A DNA stretch of 64,000 nt from Carcharhinus longimanus (lineage: Eukaryota): positions 126,266,909 through 126,330,908 of the forward strand of contig JASCQW010000001.1 in assembly GCA_030264375.1 (NCBI GenBank), given 5' to 3'. The position numbers were made by a program, and so were the translations under genes. Below the pieces are notes generated by a model. The model saw nothing but the letters and a program-made list of their open reading frames with translations, was not told the origin of the DNA and made no database searches. This document shows positions 62,350 to 64,000 of the stretch, one piece after another; positions within the stretch are counted from its first letter, which is position 1, and every line of letters begins with the position of its first letter.

Positions 62350-63445
62350 AGCTGTAGAATCAGTTTGGGTGGAAATAAGAAACAGCAAGGGATAGAAAAA
62401 ATTGTGGGCATTGTTTGGAGGCTACCAAACAGCATTGGTAATGTAAATCACAATTTAAAGAGGAAATTCAAGGTGCATGTAACATGAGTAATACGGTAAT
62501 CATGGATGTTTTCAGTCTACATATGGAGTGGGTAATCCCAATTAGTACTAATGTTGTGGAGGATGAATTCTTGGAATGTATGCAAGATGGTTTTCTAGCA
62601 TGGTACATTGAGGAACCAACTAGGAAATGTGTTATTTAGATTTAGTATTATGCAATGAAAAGGACTAATGAATTATCTTGTTGTAAAGGTGATATAAGAA
62701 AGAGTGATCATGATATTGAATTTTATGTTAAGTTTGAAAATGACGCACTTCAATCAGAGATTAGGGTCTTAAATATAAAGAAAGAAAGAAAACTATGAAG
62801 GTACAAAATTAGTTTAGGTAGATTGGGAGTTGGTTAAATGGTGTGATGGTAGACAGGCAATGCCTGACACTTAAAGGGCTCTCAGAAAGTTTGCAGTGAA
62901 AAGTCATTCCTTTAATGAAAAAAATCCATCAAGTGAAGTGTTCTAACCATGGCCACTGAAAGAAATCCCGGATTGGATAAAGAAAGGAAAAATAGAATAT
63001 GAGAAAAAACATATAAACAGACTGTAATATCTTCTGCAAGTATGTAAAAAGGAAAGGAAAACCAAGTGTTGGCCCATAATAAGCTGAGTTAGTAAGGGCA
63101 ACACAATGGCTCAGTGGTTAGCACTGCTGCCTCACAGTGCCAGTGACCTGGGTTCAATTCCCAGCTTGGGTGACTGTGTGGAGGTTGCGCGTTTTCCCAG
63201 TGTCTATGTGCGTTTCCTCTGGATGCTCCGGTTTCCTCCCACAGTCCAAAACCTATGCTGTTTGGGGGTATTGGCCATGCTAAATTCTCCCTCAGTGAAC
63301 CCAAACAGGCGCTGGAGTGTGGCGACCAGGAGGTTTTAACTTCATTACAGTATTAATGTAAGCTTACTTGTGACACTAATAAATAAACCTGTGAGAATTT
63401 ATAATGGAGTATAAGGATATGGCAGATAAACTAAACAAATACTTT
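62350..63445 (+). mobile_element. CR1 endonuclease-region relic interrupted by a SINE
   Basis: VESVWVEIRNSKG, gaggaaccaactagg (EEPTR) and agtgatcat (SDH). Confidence 0.8.
63096..63390 (+). mobile_element. V-SINE with the alternative tail
   Basis: A box tggctcagtgg, B box ggttcaattcc, V core and tail gcttacttgtgacactaataaataaac. Confidence 0.85.
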
Positions 63446-64000
63446 GGGGGTGATTTTCCACAAATTCGCCACCAGTGTAAATGTTGACACAGGTGCAAAA
63501 TCTCGCAAGAGTTGGGAAATGAGGTTCTTGCCAGTGAAATCTTGTTTCACAAATTTCCCATCCCTCACCTATGATATAATGAGGTTCCTGCCCTTTAGAT
63601 TTTAATGATATTGCATGTTATTTAAAGGGCCTCCCCATCACCATACCTCTTCACTGAATACTCAAACATCGCTGATTGATGAAGGCGGGAACCAGCTGAG
63701 GAGATGCTGCCTGGGGCACCATGATATGTATAGACCCTGGGTGGTGAGGAACATGCCCTGGCACATGTTGGCATTATCAGGTTGGCACAGGCTTCCTATT
63801 AGCCTGTGCAGACTTGGCACTGCCAACCTGTTTAAGGGGTAGTGCTGGAGCAGGGCCTCTGGGAAGTCCAATTGGGGAAGGGAGGTGGGGGGGGGGGGCG
63901 GGAAGAGGGCTTTGTCCTTTGAAGTATCTCGCAGTGAGGAGGGAGTCCTGTCATTGAGGGGGAGATCGTGGAGGGGAGGGAGAGCCCCAGATAATTGTGG
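63446..64000 (+). mobile_element. Non-autonomous DNA-transposon-like element running off the window
   Basis: Begins ggggtgattttcc like the other MITE ends and is GC-richer than the flanks. Confidence 0.45.

Overview
This is AT-rich vertebrate genomic DNA from a gappy assembly with 12 N-runs. The repeat content (HE1-like V-SINEs, CR1, Deu-SINE, RTE, Penelope-like ends) points to a cartilaginous fish, most likely a shark; that is an inference. The window is almost all intron of one + strand gene. I can thread six short phase-compatible GT-AG exons (7132-7213, 21139-21195, 33653-33748, 50205-50334, 53432-53516, 53801-53883) into about 177 codons of open frame, but I do not recognise the protein. 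Most ORFs in the supplied track are chance frames or transposon debris. Items worth a second look: (1) a roughly 190-bp foldback of two opposed minimal hammerhead-ribozyme motifs with a 12-bp flanking duplication (40140-40387); (2) a CR1-group LINE that appears to start with a tRNA-Thr-like head and lacks ORF1, plus a SINE built from that head and a LINE tail; (3) a decayed two-gene Harbinger element, a separate Myb/SANT fragment and a related MITE family; (4) a probable EnSpm/CACTA transposase relic; (5) a local triplication plus inversion at 33.9-37.9 kb. There is no CRISPR array, rRNA or prokaryotic system. Repeat boundaries were estimated by eye and are approximate.
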